Below are positions 12,799 through 24,599 of a stretch of DNA of 64,000 nucleotides, one piece after another. Where the stretch lies: NCBI GenBank assembly GCA_053919585.1, contig CM132792.1. One strand, 5' to 3'. Source of the DNA: Euprymna scolopes. Taxonomy: Eukaryota. The notes under the pieces were generated by a model. That model was not told the origin of the DNA and ran no database searches. It worked only from the letters and a program-made list of their open reading frames with translations. Every line of letters begins with the position of its first letter. Position 1 is the first letter of the stretch. The position numbers and the translations under genes were made by a program.

Positions 12799-13518
12799 CT
12801 GAATATGATAATTTCTTTTTTTTAAACTTCAGTTAACCCGATAATAACCTGTAATGAAGAAAAAAGCATAGACATTAACTGAATGGTCATATAGAATAAT
12901 AGAATACTCAAAATATTTGATAGAACATGTAAAAGCAAACTAAAACTTTGGCAAAATGCCCGAATTTGGTAATTTGGTCCCAGATCCCGGAAAAATGAAA
13001 ATTCTATTTGTCAGAAAAAAAATTTACTGCTAAGATTTACAAAACAAATTTGACATAGTTAGAAAGGTCTTAGGCTATATTTTTTGAAACATATATACTT
13101 TGATATGTAAATCTTAGCGGTTTTTGAGCTATTTGAGGAATTGAACAAAAAATAAATGACAATTTTGCTGAAACATTAAGGTAAAATTTCACTAAATAAG
13201 CTTTTATCTTATCAAAATTTCATCTATTATACCACAAACAAGACCTCTGTTAGAAAAAAAAGATGAATTTAGTTATACAAATTGAAAAAATAACATCAAA
13301 AAACCCATTATGGCATTTTATTTACAAATTCTGGCTTAGTTTATATGATAAGGTTCATATGTAGTCAAGAATATGATCTCGACACGATTTTGAATTTCCG
13401 CTAGGTTTGAGATAGCATAAAATCACTTCACGTGATGCTACAGACCTAATTTTTTTTTTTGTTTGTTCAGAAATTTTATTTACTTACAGAATTTCTATAG
13501 TTCAAGGTACATAAAGAA

Positions 13519-13557
13519 AGTTTTTTTTAGGCTATTTCCACCTCTGGGCCCACTGTG
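13519..13557 (-). repeat. Transib 5' TIR resembling a 23-RSS
   Basis: Minus strand reads CACAGTG ggcccagaggtggaaatagccta AAAAAAACT: exact heptamer, 23-nt spacer, 7/9 match to nonamer ACAAAAACC. Confidence 0.85.
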
Positions 13558-14984
13558 TTTTGGTTGAGAATGTGGGTAAACAATAATATCTCTGTTAGCA
13601 GATGGAGCACCATCCTCACCAACAAATACTACATCTATTTCGTTGTTTATTGGATTGTTAAATCTTTTGATATCTGGACCAGCGGTGAAATGCATCAAAA
13701 CTCTCCTTGGCTTTACATTTTCCCTTATAGCACGTGCTTCCTCTTCTAATTCAATGGCCCTCATATTTTTATAAGCTTGGGCATAAGGATTATTCTCCAT
13801 AACTGTAGCTATGGTTTCAAAGACACTTTAGATACATTTATTATTTTCTGGTAAATTACACCGGAGTTGATTTGCTTCAGATAAGTCCAAGATGTAAATC
13901 TGTCCATATTTTCTCTCTTTTTCATTATTTGGGTGCAGAGTACTGGAATAATGATAGGTTTGACCTTGTAAGCAAAAACAATAGGGGCCTCTTCCAGGAG
14001 GGCGGACATTATTTGCTCCAAATGATGCAAATGAAAGTGAATTGCGTATATTAGATCTGAAATTAAACGCTTCTTTGTCATTACCTTTGAGTAACCTTTG
14101 GAGTTGAGGATAATCTTGTAAGGGAGGAAGAGAAACTTTTCGTTTTTGACAACAATTCGATGCTTCTCCTCGAAATCTAAGTGCTCTACAAAATGAGCAA
14201 ATCAAACTCACGTCACCTACAAAATAATATGGGATATTTTGTCTTTCTGCTTCATTCATATTGTTTTTTCGTTCCCGTTGCCTAGTTCTTTCATTTTGCA
14301 GATAAAGTTGTCTGTCTTCAATCGTGTTATTTATTTGCTGTCTCAATATGTTTCTCCTTTGCAATCTGATATTATCCCTTTCTTCAGTTCGTAGCTGCTG
14401 ACGCCTTTGTCTTTGTCGTTCTCTTGTATCTTCCAATGTAGTGCTAGTGATTTGGTTCATTCTGTGTGAAAATTTAACTGGGCTTAATAAAAAAAAATTA
14501 TAAATAAAGATTTTGATACGAAAAATAAATGTTTCTATAAGGAAATAAAATTCAATATAAATGTTTTAAATGAGAATAAATATTTCTTAATGAAACCGTT
14601 TTTTATATTAAAAATCATTAGTGTGTAATTTTTCTAAGAGAGAATTTAAATCAATATTTTTATAATTTAGCTCTGTAAAAAGGATATCTAGGTGAATTAT
14701 ATAATAATAAATTATTTCCTCTCATAACATTTATTGGTGCTTCTACACTTTGTCGCCAAAAAAAAGGATGCCATGTTTTTCAGCGCACCTGCTGCCAGAA
14801 TCCAAGAATGACATTAGTATTTTAAACTGTAGAAACTATTTTATTTATTCAATAAATATATTGAAGTGAAAGTGTAGAAGAACCTATTTTTTGCTTTGAT
14901 TAAAGAACTGTACACGCTTTCCAGTTATTTCATGATTTCGTCTAAATCATGTTCAAGCTTGATTGAGTTCCTATGATCTTAATG

Positions 14985-16340
14985 GAAGTTTTGTTGTCGG
15001 ACGGGGTCCTTGTTTTGTCATGGACAGTCAAGTTATAATGTGCCAAGAAGTTGGCACCAAGCAAGGGTGTTTTGACGTCTGCTATGGTGAATGACCACTT
15101 AAAATCGTGCCTGAGGTTGATGTTCAGAATAGCTCCTTGTTCCCATAATTTTCTATGGTGGAACCATTTGCTGCTTGAAGTTTAAACGAGATCAGTTTCA
15201 GGGTAGATCTGTTGGTGTGTGGTATCACACTGATAGCAGCGCCAGTGACCACTAAAAATTTGAGGCCATTGTTACTGTTCCACACGTAGAAGAAACGACT
15301 ATGTAAATATGTATCGACAGGAATCATTGTTGCTGCTTGTTGGTCTGTTCGTTTCACTGGGTCCTATTGTGATTGCAGGGAGGTTGGTATTTGTGAGCTG
15401 GTCACTGAAGGATTGGTGGTACCAACTGTTGTTTGTGTAGGTTCTCCGTCCATGACTTGAGTAGTAGGTACAGCTTTGGTTCCGAGTGCATGATGCCGGG
15501 CTCTGCTGTCTCTGATGTAGGGAGAGTTTTAGGTCTCTCAACTCTGAGCCATCTCATCTTCCAGGCGTTGTGAGGTTTCTGGTGTAATTTTCAACCTGGT
15601 GAATCCTTTGGTGGGCCTGGGAATAAATTTTATCAACTGAATCGGCAACAATCTGAAAGGAGAGTTTCAACTGGTACCAAAGCCAAGACTTGAGTTATAT
15701 TTGGAAGTAGCTGATCCATCCATAGACCTTATAGGATGGGCCCTGCTATGGTGTTGCTCCCAAGGTGACTCTTCATCAGTCGTAGGAGCTGAGATGGGGT
15801 TTTATCACACAGAAAATAGGTCTGATGAGGTCTTTCTCTGAACATCCCGTTCGTTTGAGGATGACTTCTTTGAGAGAGATGTATGGGAAATGGTCCGGTG
15901 TGTTGAGAAGGATGTCTTCAACCACAGATGCTCGTAGAACTTGCACAACTGAGCCCTACTTAGTGTCTTGCTATGTAACCTTTCGGGCTGGAAAAATTGC
16001 TTTGGGTTGAATGAACCAACTCCTGGGATTTACCGAGTTGTATGGTGGTAATTGTATAAGAGGAACAGAGATATTTATCTCTGGTTCTGTGCTTTCCGTC
16101 ATCTTCTCCACTTAGCTGTTTTTCCCTGCCTGTGTCTAGAGATCACGTTGTGGTCATCACTTGTTACAGAGACGAGCAAAAGATAATAGAACTAATCGAC
16201 CGTACAACTAAGAATATTAGACACGAAGCAAAGGAAGGTAACAGCAAAGACAAAGAAGAAATGACAAACACAAAGTATTCGATTAAAAAGGGTGATACAA
16301 ACCGTCTCTTTTATTTACAAAGGCATAAGAGCGTATAGCA
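14985..16340 (-). mobile_element. Gypsy LTR retrotransposon remnant (LTR end, PBS, gag, protease)
   Basis: LPPYNSVNPRSWFIQ gag start, degenerate protease FLVVTGAAISVIP, degenerate tRNA-Trp PBS (TGATGACCACAACGTGATC) at 16141-16159, LTR from 16162. Homologous to 36225-37730. Confidence 0.82.
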
Positions 16341-17047
16341 AAGAAAAAATCTGAGATTGGGAGCTCGATATTGGTGGGCACTGGAAGGTACGTGTCAGCA
16401 GGCTGCTGAGCTGGTTGTTAGTGGGTCGCTGGAGTGAGAGGCTGGAGGCGCCAGAGCCAGACAGGTTCCAGTGGTCGAGTGGGCAGGCGTCTCAGAGTGT
16501 ATGCAGTGATTTGTTGAAGGTGGAAAAAGTTTCAGAAGTTAGCCCTGAAAAGAGCTGCTTGTTAATTTGTTGGGAAAAACTTTCGGAGGTAGTCCTGAGG
16601 TTTTTATAATTTATTTTCTGTAAAATTATAAACAAATTGGCATGAGACCAACTCAAAAAACGTGGATCTGTAGTCACACCTGTCACTATACCTTTTACTT
16701 TACTGGGACTGTGGTTTGGCAAGACTAGGATCTGCATAGGCAGGGAACACCTACTCTAACTTGGCTCTTTGTTTATTGATTGTTGATTAAGACAAGCTTG
16801 CTGTCTTAATCTATCTTCTGTCGAAAGCCACAGGATGTAATCTCTTATCAGTCCTGATCTTGACCATGAACTGGTGTTTTAAGAACACAACTAGATCTTG
16901 GTCTGCCCAATATTCAACCCTATGCTTCTCATTCAGTCTCGACGTCCACAACCATTCTGACTATGGCCAGGATCACAAGAAACACCATTTGATTTCTCCC
17001 CGTTCCATAGTAGTGTGGCTTGTGCACGACTACATCTTTTACACCTC

Positions 17048-17180
17048 AAATTAAAAAAACTAAAGTTCAAATTAAAAAAACACAACTTCAAATTAAAAAA
17101 CACAACTTCAAATTAAAAAAACTAAACTTCAAATTAAAATACACAACTTCAAATTAAAAAAATCCAAGTTCAAATTAAAT
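17048..17180 (+). repeat. 21-bp subterminal tandem array (AAATTAAAAAAACACAACTTC-like, about 6 units); inverted array at about 18500-18612
   Basis: Read directly from the sequence inside both Tc1 ends. Confidence 0.88.
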
Positions 17181-17210
17181 TAAAATTTTATTACATGATA
17201 GATAAACCAT

Positions 17211-18344
17211 TTATTCTCCAACAGGGAGGTCCTCTTCCCTGAGACATCTAGCGTGATGGCGTTGAACCCGATTACAGAATGCCTGAGACATGGCAGGAGT
17301 TACCACTTGGTAGGCTCGGTCGATGGCGGTCTCCACAAGACGAAGACGGTGCTCCACTTTTGTGATATCTTCCGGTTGTGGCACATGTATAACGCTCGGT
17401 AGATCCCTCTTGATGACGGCTTTGATGGCTGACCAGGCCATTTCGATGGGGTTGAGAGCCGGGCTGTATGGAGGCAAGCGAATAAACTCCACTTCTGCAA
17501 AAGCTGCCTGGTCGTGTAGTTGTTCCACTCGGGAATGGCACGGGGCGTTGTCAATTACCAAGGCTACCTGTCCGGCATCATATCCCATTGCGAAGACAGA
17601 ATTGAGTAGTTCTGCAACCCATTGGTTGACGTCCGGGTGCTTGTAGGCGCCACGCCTGCGGGTGAAGTTGATGAGTCCCTGTTGACTAATACCAGCAACC
17701 ATGTGAATATTTGGACCTTTCGAGCCTGGAACATGTAGCACCACTCTCTGGCCCCTCGCGGATCGTCCAACGGTCCGAGTACAAAATAAGTTCACGTTTG
17801 ACTCATCCAAATACACCACATGTTTACCAGCTCCCAATGCGGCCATAACCCTTTCTACATAGATACGACGTTTTACCTTATTCTCTGGAGTGTTGACATT
17901 CTCGGCTTGCTTGTGAACCCGTTTTACAGTGAAGAGTCTACCATCGAGATAGTTATTTATGGTAGTAACGCTGATTGGGGGGTTGATTCCATGCATCTCC
18001 GAAATCTTCAAGGCCAACTCCTTGAGAGTGATGGTAGGATCTTCTCCGATTATATCAAGCATGTTGTTGACCATGTCCGGATTCACTTTCCCATGTCGCC
18101 TTCCACCCCGCGGCTTATCCTCCACGTCTTGCCCCTTGGCCTGTTTATTCACCCAGGCGTACGCGGTGTTCCTATTTATCCCACAGTTCTCTGCGACAGT
18201 TGTCCAGTCCCTGCTATTTCAAGCGGCTTCCAGAATCCGACGCTTAGGAGAATTTCGATTGCGTTTGTACTGACCACGTACTGTGCCTCTCTTGACTCCT
18301 CTACTTGATCGCACAACTACCGGAGATCCATTGTTATTTTCCAT
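17211..18344 (-). pseudogene. DD35E transposase with one in-frame stop at 18219-18221
   Basis: ATG at 18344 is in frame with ORF 17211-18152. HTH-like N-terminus, YLDESN, IDNAPCH, LPPYSPALNPIE; 35 residues between the second D and E. Confidence 0.88.
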
Positions 18345-20119
18345 ATTTTAAATTATTGTAATGTTAATTGTTAGAAACTTTTCTTTTTTTATTGTTGCGA
18401 GCAACTACAAGTAATAGTGGGTAATTTGCATAAGTGATGTTATGCAAATTACCTTACAAAGTTTGAGTATGAATAATTCTAACATAATGTCACGTGCTTT
18501 TAAATTGAACTTGGGTTTATTTAATTTGATGTTGTCTTTTTTTAATTTGAAGTTTAGTTTTTTTAATTTGAAGTTGTGTTTTTTAATTTGAAGTTGTGCT
18601 TTTTTAATTTGAGGTGTAAAAGGTGTAGACATGTTCAATTGGCGAGAATGCTTGGAATCGATGTGAGCCATCATCTTGTTGACATACGTCCACTAATGAC
18701 AGAGTTCATTGCAATCAAAGAAACCGTGCTCCAGTGTTTCTTCTGCTGAGGTCCCGCAGCAGGGGCACTCAGGCCAACTCCTTAGTTTGGCACTGCATTG
18801 TATGGTGTTGAGGGGCAACGCGTTGGGGGATAGTTGCCAGGTCAGGGAGAATTTGGAGTTGTTTATTACTTCTGAGCTTAGCGCCCAGCACCATCGGAAG
18901 CGGATCTCCTCCGGCAACCCCAGACACTTGATGAGCAGGTCATTAGTGGCTCCCCTGACTAATTCCTTATGCAGCTGTTTTCTTGAAGCCCATGAAAGGT
19001 TGCTGGACCTAGGTGTCTTCTTGAACACGGCTCGGCATTCCCTGAAGAACTGCATGTCACCCGGCGGCCTTAAACACGCCTCAACCGTGTGGTCAAAGAT
19101 GAGGTTGGGAAATTCAGCCTTGACCATGAAGTCTCACACAGACTCTTCTATCAACGTTCAATTTGGGAAGGCCAGCCTTTCGGCGTCGCAATAACACATG
19201 AAGTTGAGCACTTCCAGGTCTCCTTTGGAGGTAGTCCTGATAAGGGCTGTTTAAACAATTACTGCTGCTGAGCAGTCGGCTGCCAAGCTCTGACGACTTG
19301 ATGGGGCACGTCAAAGTTGCGTCTGGGAAGACTCTTTGCTCCCCTGCCGAAAGCCGTTATTTAGTTCTCTCCCACTGCAAGAACTGTGACACCAAGGTTG
19401 GAAAGTTGAGATTGGGAAGTCAGTACCCCTGAGGAGATGCACTCTTACCTGCAAAAAATGCTGAGCATTTCTGGGTGAAGGCGCCTCAGGCGATTAGCAA
19501 TAAACTAGCCCATTCTCAAAGAGAAGGGAAAGCCTGGGAGGGTGGACCTCCTAGAAGTGCATAGAACTTTACTCCCACCACAAAATCAACAGAGATCGGA
19601 TCATTACAGGAATGGTCTAATCTGTTGATTTTGGGTGCCGAAGATAAAAATTCCCCGCCAAATCTGCATTTATGAAAAATTGTTTACTCAGCCGCAGTGC
19701 GCACAATACAAGAATAAATGACTAAAATTAATTTAAGCTGGTATTAATAATAGTCAATACAATCATTTTAGCTCGGAATTAAAGTCTTTTCTTTTTGTTT
19801 CATGGAGAACAGGTTGAATTCGTGTTATTTCTTTTCTTTTCTGTTCGAAACGAGAAAAGGGTTGTTACTATTTTTATTAAATGGTAGTAATAACGGTTGT
19901 CTACAGACAGGCGGCGTATACAAGATTGTTTACAAATGGCTGATGTAGTAAATACACATCACGACAGCCTAAGCTCCCCCTCTTCAGTTTAAAATATATT
20001 TTAAAATTATTTTATTGCTTTGAAGCAAATCGAATCTGTTTTTCTAAGCAATTTTATGTCAAAAATAGTAATATATCCAAAAATTACAAAAATTCATTGA
20101 GTATGATAAATTTTTACTA

Positions 20120-20205
20120 TTTTTCCACCTTAACAATCACCTTTTAAAATTACCTTTTTAGAGGTTTTCGAGTGTGCTGAAAACGAATATCACATTTAAA
20201 TTTGA
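20120..20205 (+). repeat. Lone sequence similar to the left end of the Merlin element
   Basis: gaggttttcgagtgtgctgaaaacgaatatcacatttaaattt resembles aggttttcgactatgctgaatacgaatatcgcattgaaattt at 48101. Confidence 0.55.
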
Positions 20206-21074
20206 TGCAAACAAAGAGTTATCTGGACATTAAGCAATGTTATTCCCTATGTTTAGTGGCCATTTGGTACACGCTAGCGTATGTGTGAACGAAACTGCAA
20301 GAAACTACACACAAATGCAGTTCTGGTGCATGCGTGTGTATATGGAACCGCAAGAAACAAATCGTTTCACATTGGAGATGGGGGGGGGGCACCATTGAAG
20401 AATCCCATCCATGTAAGGAAAGTTTTTTTTCTTACAATGTAACCCAGCATTGTTTTAATGCTCTTCCTTGAAGAAGAAAAAAAAATGTACCCCTTTTTTT
20501 TTTTTTTTTTTTTCTTTTTTTTTTTTTTTTTCTTTTTTTTTTTTTACGCCTTTAATATGAAAGAAGGAATTTTTAAAAGTAATAAAAACTAAAAAATTTT
20601 ATTGTGGAGGGATCATAAAATAAACACCCACTTCTTGGCCATGTAGTGGTCACCGAGACACATAAGCGTTAACATTTAACAGGTTTGCTGACGGTGGAAG
20701 GGGTGGGGCATAAATTCAAACCCTTTAAAAACATCGAAACACTTCAAACATTGGGGGGACTTTATAAATTCACCCCCCCCCCACTCCCACTCTGGAAAGG
20801 TCTTACTGTTAATTATTTCTTAATATTTGTAAGGCTATTAGTACAGAAAATATTACTAGGATGGACCTGTATAATGCACCCCCCCCTTTATTTTTTCTCT
20901 TCATCTTTTTTAAATTATTTTCAACGGATTGTTATTTATTGGACACTAGAGATGTCCAAATTTTTGTGTAAAATCACAGTTTTATGCATTATCAGCCATG
21001 TCATCAATCTAGGCGGGTCTTTATTTCTTTTTTTTTTTTTTTTTTTTTTTCTGGTGTTAACCAAAAGGAGAGAA

Positions 21075-21138
21075 AATAAGACTCTGAAAGTATGCGAGTT
21101 CTAAATAAGGGGACATCACTCAAGATGTTAACGGTTTA
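21075..21138. repeat. Short dispersed repeat, second copy at about 33045-33107
   Basis: Shared aagactc.gaaa..gagttc.aaataaggggacatcactca.gatgt.aa.ggttta. Confidence 0.7.
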
Positions 21139-21151
21139 ACACCCCTCCCCT

Positions 21152-21765
21152 TTAAACTTTACATTTTGATAGTTTTTTTGTGGCAATCAAGATATCATTA
21201 ACCCATAGTAAAATAATTATTTTATTATCAACTTTCACCAACATGCGTGGGTCAATAATGCTTTGGTTGAAATTTTCTTGCAGAAGTTCTTTGCTTAGTA
21301 AGTTGTTCCAATTTTTACCACTGTTGTAGTCCATACAGTGACTTATTTAATTCCAAACAAGTTTTTCCTTGCCTGAGACATTGTATCCTTCGGTTTGTTT
21401 TGATATAAATATCACAGTCTAGTTCGGCATTTAGGTATACTGATTTGACATCCATTTGGTGGATTATCAATCCATACTGCACAGAAAGTTGCCTTAGGAT
21501 TCAAATAGTGGTTATTTTTGTGGTTGGTATATATGTTTCATAATAGTCTACATCTTTTATCTGACTGTATCTCTTGGCAACATATCTAGCTTTGTATTCA
21601 TCGTTATTTTTATGTTTCTTACCACTCATTTACCACAAACTGCATTTTTGTTTTCAGGGATAATTGTCAGTTAAAGTATTGTTTTCTTTTAAGAAATCCA
21701 TTTCCTTCTCCATTACCCATTTCCATTTATCTGCTTTTGAGGAGCTTATGGCTTCATAATATGTG
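21152..21765 (-). mobile_element. Copia reverse transcriptase remnant
   Basis: YKARYVAKRYSQIKDVDYYETY, HQMDVKSVYLNAELD, LWVNDILI; heavily frameshifted. Confidence 0.85.
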
Positions 21766-22047
21766 ACATGAATAATTTTTGTTTCACAGGAATTTATACC
21801 TTCTTTATCATTTGGGTCATTTTTTTTTTTGACATAAGCTTTTCAATAAGTGGTGTTTTTTTTGTTTTTTTTCTCTTCTTGTCTCCGTGGCTACCTTTTT
21901 GTTTTCTCAACTGTCATTTCTCCTGTTACTCGCAGCAGTTATCTGGTCCCTAAGTTGGCTGTTGCTATTATCTAAATCTTTCTCGTAGGAATCAGAAAGA
22001 AATTTATTTGTTCTATCCCAATCGATTTCATGAGATTAAAGTTGGAG

Positions 22048-22048
<1 letters not shown>

Positions 22049-22087
<39 letters not shown>
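22049..22087. repeat. (TA)n microsatellite; others at about 27785-27801, 29063-29087 and 32845-32897
   Basis: Direct reading. Each sits at a Penelope-like element boundary. Confidence 0.95.
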
Positions 22088-22089
<2 letters not shown>

Positions 22090-22090
<1 letters not shown>

Positions 22091-24122
22091 TATTAATTAT
22101 ACAGAAGTTCAGAAAAACATTGGTACTGTCGGTTTCAAGCCCAACACAATGGGAAACTGTTAATGGTAACACGTAAATGATGTTCAGCTCTCGTCAGCCA
22201 TCTTATTTTCTGCCCTGGGGCAATTTTTTTTTACGGTCCGCATTTGTTTGTTTATATAATGATGTATGTTTTTATTTAACTATAGCTTATTCCTATCTGT
22301 ATATTAAATTTTAATCCAGTATGAATTTCCTACTTTTTTTAATTTTTTATTTAATGCATTTTAGTAATTATGTACTGTTTGTTTTGTTTCCGGTCTGCCT
22401 TCTATTGATTTTAGTTGGGGTAAGGGGGATAATTAATTTATCTTATCAGACTTCTCTTCCTTTTTTCAGTTAAGGAGAGATAACCCGTGTTTCAGTGGTC
22501 TAGGGGAGGTAACTAATCTATCTTATTTATTCTTTTAACCTTTTTTGTATTAAATATTATAATAGTTGAGGGTAGGTGTGTAATTTAATTCTAAATTCTT
22601 TTATATAACTGTGGAATGTATTTCAGGCAGTCTTATTCTTCATATATACTAATATTTATGCTTAATGTATACTGACAAATGTCTATATGTCTGTTACACT
22701 TTACTAGTTTATGCGTTAAGTTGGCTGCATCTGGAATACTCTTGCAGGACTCCTTTAGGTGGGGTCCTCGTTTATTGTTCTGTCTTCCTAGTTTATTAGT
22801 AGCGCTTGTCTCCTATGCAGACATCCTTTGAGTGTCTCACTGCGTACGTTCAAACAGGTCTTTTGAGGGTCATTAATAGCCTTTATGATGTGGTACTTCT
22901 CCGCATCACAAAGCGGGCATCATTTTGAGGCTGGTGAGTATGCTGTTTTTCTTTCTATGATCCTCCATTTGATGCTGAATTGTTTTCCTTTGTCTTTAAG
23001 CTGCCATACTCGGGCGGCTAAAGCTGTCTTTACCTCGTCTTTGCCCTGAAGGAACTGTTGTGGATGTAAAATCTCTGCTTGGACGTCCCTTTCGTCATCC
23101 CTATGTATGTCTCTGGTTTATCGTTGGTCTCATGCGTGAGTGTCGCTTCGTATACGAGGAATTTCACCTTGCATTTTCCCTCTAAAGGGCAATCTTCCCT
23201 GGATCTGCAAGAACAGTCCTCAATTTCATTTTCATTGCATTCCTTTGTGATGATCTTCTTTATTGATGGAATAGCTGACCTTCATCATGTTTCTATTGAA
23301 CAGTTTGTGCAGCTTATGTTGTGGAGGGAAGTTTCAGGAACAGGTGTCCTACTCGTGTTTTTGTGTTGAGAGAAAACGGAGGTGAGAACCAAATGATGTT
23401 CTGTCCCCTGTTGCGCCTGTCTTTTGTTAGCCGGTTTTGGGTTGGCTGGTATTTGATGCTTTCCGTGAATCCGCTTTTTTGGAGCGCTTCATTGTAATAT
23501 GGGGCTGCTTGGTTGAAGATATCGGCATTTGATGAGAGCGTGGAGATTCTTTTGCTGATATTGGCAATCATGTTTTTGAAAACTCTAGGGTGGTGACAGG
23601 ATTCTTTTTTTATGTACTGGAGTGTCACATTGGAAGGGTCTATGTGTCTTATTTAGATTTAGAGTTGTGTCTAGAAAGTCCACTTCGTGTAAGTTGGTGC
23701 TAATAGTTATCTTAAAACCGAGTTCATGAAATGTTTTGGTTAGATCCTTTCTAAGCTTATCTAGGCAAATCCCGTTGTGATCGTGTGAGAGACAAAGGCC
23801 GTCGTCCCTATACAGGCCGAATGTATGGTCTGGGAATTTTTTGTTTAGAGTCTCTAGTAGGAATAGGCCTATTAAGTCGCCGATGTCTGCAGTATCGTAG
23901 GCCCCCATTGCCATGTCAAATGGGTCTTCTGGGTTTTATTTTTTTTACCCAGATTTTCCCTTCATAGAATAAGAGGGTTTGCCTAGCATGCATGATGGTT
24001 TCTATTTCTATATTGTTAACGTTTTTGTATTTTGATGCGGAATTCAATGCTTTTTCTAGTGTGTCTTTTGTAATGGAGGGGTAAACTCTGTGATATCTAG
24101 TTGAGTGAATTTGTCCAAAGTT
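22090..24122 (-). mobile_element. Penelope-like element 1 (RT + GIY-YIG), 5'-truncated and decayed
   Basis: QLDITEF/YPSI, MGAYDTADIGDLIGLFLL, GLYRDDGL, VDFLD, IIWFSPPFS, YIGMTKGT. Confidence 0.88.
22118..22202 (-). ncRNA. Candidate type I hammerhead ribozyme at the 3' end of PLE 1
   Basis: tgg CTGACGA gagct..ggctt GAAA c-cgaca-g TA cca; stem I is short. Confidence 0.6.
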
Positions 24123-24590
24123 GTAGAGCAAGGGAAATTCATAGATCCTGCTCTACCCTGTCTAATTTTAGAAGGAACGTGTTGGTTTATACGAGTCCTC
24201 AAATGCAAGGAGGTCCGCCCCACGTAACCAGCGTCACACTGGCATGAAAAACTGTATACAATGTTACTATTGAGGACGTAAGGCAAACTATCCTTGCAAA
24301 AAGGAGGAAACGCAGGTCTAACAGTATACACTAACCGCAAGGAAACAGCATAAAAGCAATTAGTAATGCTTTTAACAATCTGTTTGGTTATTTTCGTGGC
24401 ATTATCCCCTATCCACGGTAATTTTAAGTAAACAGGGCATTTTAAAGGCCCGAATGGTTTAAGGGATTTAAAGTCAGCAACCTTTTTGTTTATACAATCA
24501 TCAATAAGGTCTAAAGGATAACCATTATTGATGAAAATATCCCTGATCTTGTCCAGTTCAGAGTCCAATTTAATAGGTGAGCAAATCATA
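24123..24590 (-). mobile_element. Penelope-like element 2 fragment (thumb + GIY-YIG), different family
   Basis: FINNGYP, YLKLPWIG, SNIVYSFSCQCDAGYVGRTSLHLRTRINQH. Confidence 0.85.
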
Positions 24591-24599
24591 TATAGTTAA

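Larger units (their letters stand above)
9663..13557 (-). mobile_element. Transib (RAG1-like) DNA transposon, composite, with 5-bp TSD TTTTG
   Basis: TTTTG at 9658-9662 and 13558-13562. Ends CACAG.. and ..CACTGTG. Removing the insert plus one TSD restores the Helitron frame (IIVYPHSQPKHRISYLSCHLDPMIYP). Confidence 0.9.
6284..14460 (-). mobile_element. Helitron 1 RepHel pseudogene, interrupted by the Transib at 9663-13557
   Basis: Rep motifs DLFLTYTCNP, VIEFQK(R)GLPHCH, KYIFKYVYKGHD; PIF1-type helicase motifs [35 protein letters not shown]; C-terminus TKNIVYREVL*; N-terminal Arg/Gln-rich tract with CSFC..CC. Many frameshifts. Confidence 0.93.
17033..18625 (-). mobile_element. IS630/Tc1-superfamily transposon with TA TSD and repeat-containing TIRs
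   Basis: TA at 17031-32 and 18626-27. Termini CATCTTTTACACCTCAAATTAAAAAA and TTTTTTAATTTGAGGTGTAAAAGGTG. Confidence 0.92.
16770..19400 (-). mobile_element. Tx1/L1-clade non-LTR retrotransposon remnant, split by the Tc1 element
   Basis: ORF 18693-19127 has the zf-RVT region (LTWQLSPNALP..CPCCGTSAEETLEHGFFDC). The sequence continues across the TA insertion site into a VVF..ILAIVRMVVW-like segment at about 16940-17030. Confidence 0.75.

Noticed and set aside
17820-18308. Plus-strand ORFs (this one, 18709-19194, 52266-52754, 61226-61796 and similar) as host genes
   Set aside because: They are antisense shadows of TE coding sequence with no recognisable motifs.
18405-18674. 89-aa ORF with repeated K-K-x-N-F-K-L units
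   Set aside because: It is the translation of the 21-bp TIR array.
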